Below the pieces are notes generated by a model. The model saw nothing but the letters and a program-made list of their open reading frames with translations. It was not told where the DNA came from and made no database searches. This document shows, piece by piece, positions 61,848-64,000 of a stretch of DNA of 64,000 nt. Position numbers and translations under genes: made by a program. Position 1 is the stretch's first letter; every line of letters begins with the position of its first letter. The DNA comes from Octopus sinensis (Eukaryota). Location: assembly GCF_006345805.1 (NCBI RefSeq), contig NC_042998.1:148304001-148368000 (forward strand). The letters run 5' to 3'.

Positions 61848-61925
61848 GCGGTACATATGTTTCGGGCCTTTATTAGACAGATTTATAACAATGCATAATG
61901 TATGTCTGTGGCCTTCTTCAGCCGC
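61848..61925 (-). ncRNA. Canonical-core type I hammerhead ribozyme with extended helix II
   Basis: Minus strand: gcgg-CUGAAGA-a-ggcc-acaga...ucugu...ggcc-c-GAAA-CAUAUG-UA-ccgc. Predicted cleavage between 61852 and 61851. Confidence 0.85.
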
Positions 61926-63832
61926 GCACAACGGCTTCCACAAGGACATGTGTTACATCAAAAATTCTTGGTTGGGGATGCGAATCCTCTCATTCGCGTA
62001 CGACATAATGCGGCAGCAGCATAGAATTGAAGCGTCCATCTCCTTCTTCTCTCAATGTAGAATGAGGAAAACTGGATGTTGAGGTAATGTAAATAAATAA
62101 ATACATATATAGACGTGAAGATGGAGGGGCGAGAATTCGGGACCAGGGATAACAAATGTATAAAAGGTGTAAGTATAGAAAAATATAAAAATGTAGAGCA
62201 TAAAGATATAAAGAGTTATAAGGAGATGTAAAGGGGGTATAAAGGATATAAAGAAATATAAAGAAATATAAGTAAATGTAAAGGCATAAGGTTATAAAGT
62301 AAAAATAGAAATAGAAATAAGAGTAAAAAAACATGATAAAAACATGATAAAAATGTAAAAGAATGTAAAGATAAGGGATGTATAGAGGTTACGGACCAAG
62401 CATGGTGGTCAGGAGATTGATAAAATTTAGTTGTAGAATTGTCAGTAAATCAACAGTTTCGTCTGGGGTCCTAATGTGTTGTAAATCAGAGTTGATGAGC
62501 ATTTAATCTGGTTTCTTGAATTAAATGGACTTCTAGTACATACATATCATCATGGATACATACACCCACATACACGCGTACATATACGCCTCCAAGCCTA
62601 TAAGCATACACACGCACTCGCGTGTAAACATGTACATAAACACACACGCACCCACACGCACGCGCGTACACACACATACATACAACAGAATATCCGCATG
62701 CATACACGGACACTATACGCGTACACACTCACATGTACATACGCGCCCATCCCTACATACACACACGTATATGCCCACGCCTCTAGGTCTAGATATAAGA
62801 TATTAAAGGATGTATATAAGAACGTATGTAAACAGTCACGTACTCATGTCTATACGTGCACGCACTCACGGCTGTGTGTCCGTATGCGCGTGCACATATA
62901 CACTCACATACACAGAGACACACGCGCACATGGGTATAGCTATAACTATAGCTATAAGATATCGAAATATGCATGTACATATATGCGCGTGCATATGTAT
63001 GTATGCGTATACACACGTACGCGGACGCTCGTATAGTCAAAAAGTGGATCTATAGGTAAGTAAATAAACATATATAGAGGTATAAAGCGATAAGTTAGGG
63101 GTAAGAATGTGGGTAAGGGTAAAAATTAGAAATAAAAAATACAGTATAAAAAATAAGAAATACAATGTAATAGTTAGAAATGAAATATAAGAATTATAAA
63201 AATTATAAGAGTTAAGGTAAGGGATGAAAATAAAAATGAGAATAAATGGAAGTAGAATAAAAGTAAAAATAAAAATAAATGGAAGTAGGATAAAAGTAAA
63301 AATAAAAGTAAAAATAAAAATAAAATAAAATAAGATAAAAATATAATTTGGTAAAATTTAACATGAGATGAAGGTGGTTGAAAGTTAGAGGTGTGTGTTA
63401 AACGTAGGGGCGGGCGGGGGGAACTGAAAATTGGAAGGGTGGGAAGTGGAGTTTGGCGGTGTGCGTTCAACATCCGAGTTAGAAATGTGAAAGGGTATAG
63501 ATATAGGGAATTAAAGAGACTATATAGGGAGGATATGGGTGTAGGAGAAGAAATATTTAGGGAAAAGAAGTCATATATGGGAGACAAAATTTGTATATAT
63601 AGGAGGAAAATGCAGGGAACCGTATATGCACATACACACACCCACACACACACACACACACACGCACATGTATATATATATATATATGTACACACACGTA
63701 CATGTATGTGCACATACACATACATACACACACACATACGCATATACACGCACATATAGGAAAACGGGAAGTGCTGGAGCCGATAGGTTGCACCGGGTGG
63801 GAGGAAATTGCATGGGGGAGTTAGTATAAGAC

Positions 63833-64000
63833 CTAAGCTTTGTAGTATTTGAAAGTATTAATAAGTTTGTGTATACAGGATGGTTTGAACTCTGACCTTT
63901 TGTTAATAAGATTGTGTTTGTCTTTGAATTTCAAGATGTTCAGGAGTTCTACACAACATAGTTGGCATCCTGCTCTATTATTTAAATAAGGTGCAGCTGA
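63833..64000 (-). CDS. C-terminus of a Penelope-like GIY-YIG ORF running off the window
   Basis: Open minus frame SAAPYLNNRAGCQLCCVELLNILKFKDKHNLINKRSEFKPSCIHKLINTFKYYKA*, matching the PY..C.LC..E..LLNKRSE...C.H ending of PLE endonucleases. Confidence 0.8.
   Translation of the reverse strand, partial: SAAPYLNNRAGCQLCCVELLNILKFKDKHNLINKRSEFKPSCIHKLINTFKYYKA

Noticed and set aside
63874-63890. tacaggatgg as a possible Tc1 TIR start
   Set aside because: It lies inside the minus-strand PLE endonuclease coding frame and has no partner TIR.

Overview
AT-rich eukaryotic DNA, very dense in microsatellites. The SINE families look like those I recall from Octopus, so a coleoid cephalopod origin is inferred, not shown. 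I recognise no intact host gene, rRNA, tRNA or CRISPR array. The window is a nested transposon landscape. It holds Penelope-like elements (PLEs) of at least three lineages, two Tx1/L1-clade LINEs (one with a long open RT frame but no endonuclease), R4/Dong LINEs sitting in (TAA)n arrays, another RLE-type LINE family, several CR1-group fragments, a complete non-autonomous Helitron inserted exactly into a PLE ORF, Tc1/mariner and hAT derivatives, foldback MITEs and many tRNA-derived SINEs. The most notable hidden layer is a set of hammerhead-ribozyme motifs on both strands. They include core variants (U3-A8 covariation, U4C, A6U) and an ORF-less cluster at 11.1-12.4 kb. Most ORF-track entries are microsatellite artefacts. 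Element boundaries were read by eye and are approximate unless a terminal motif is quoted.
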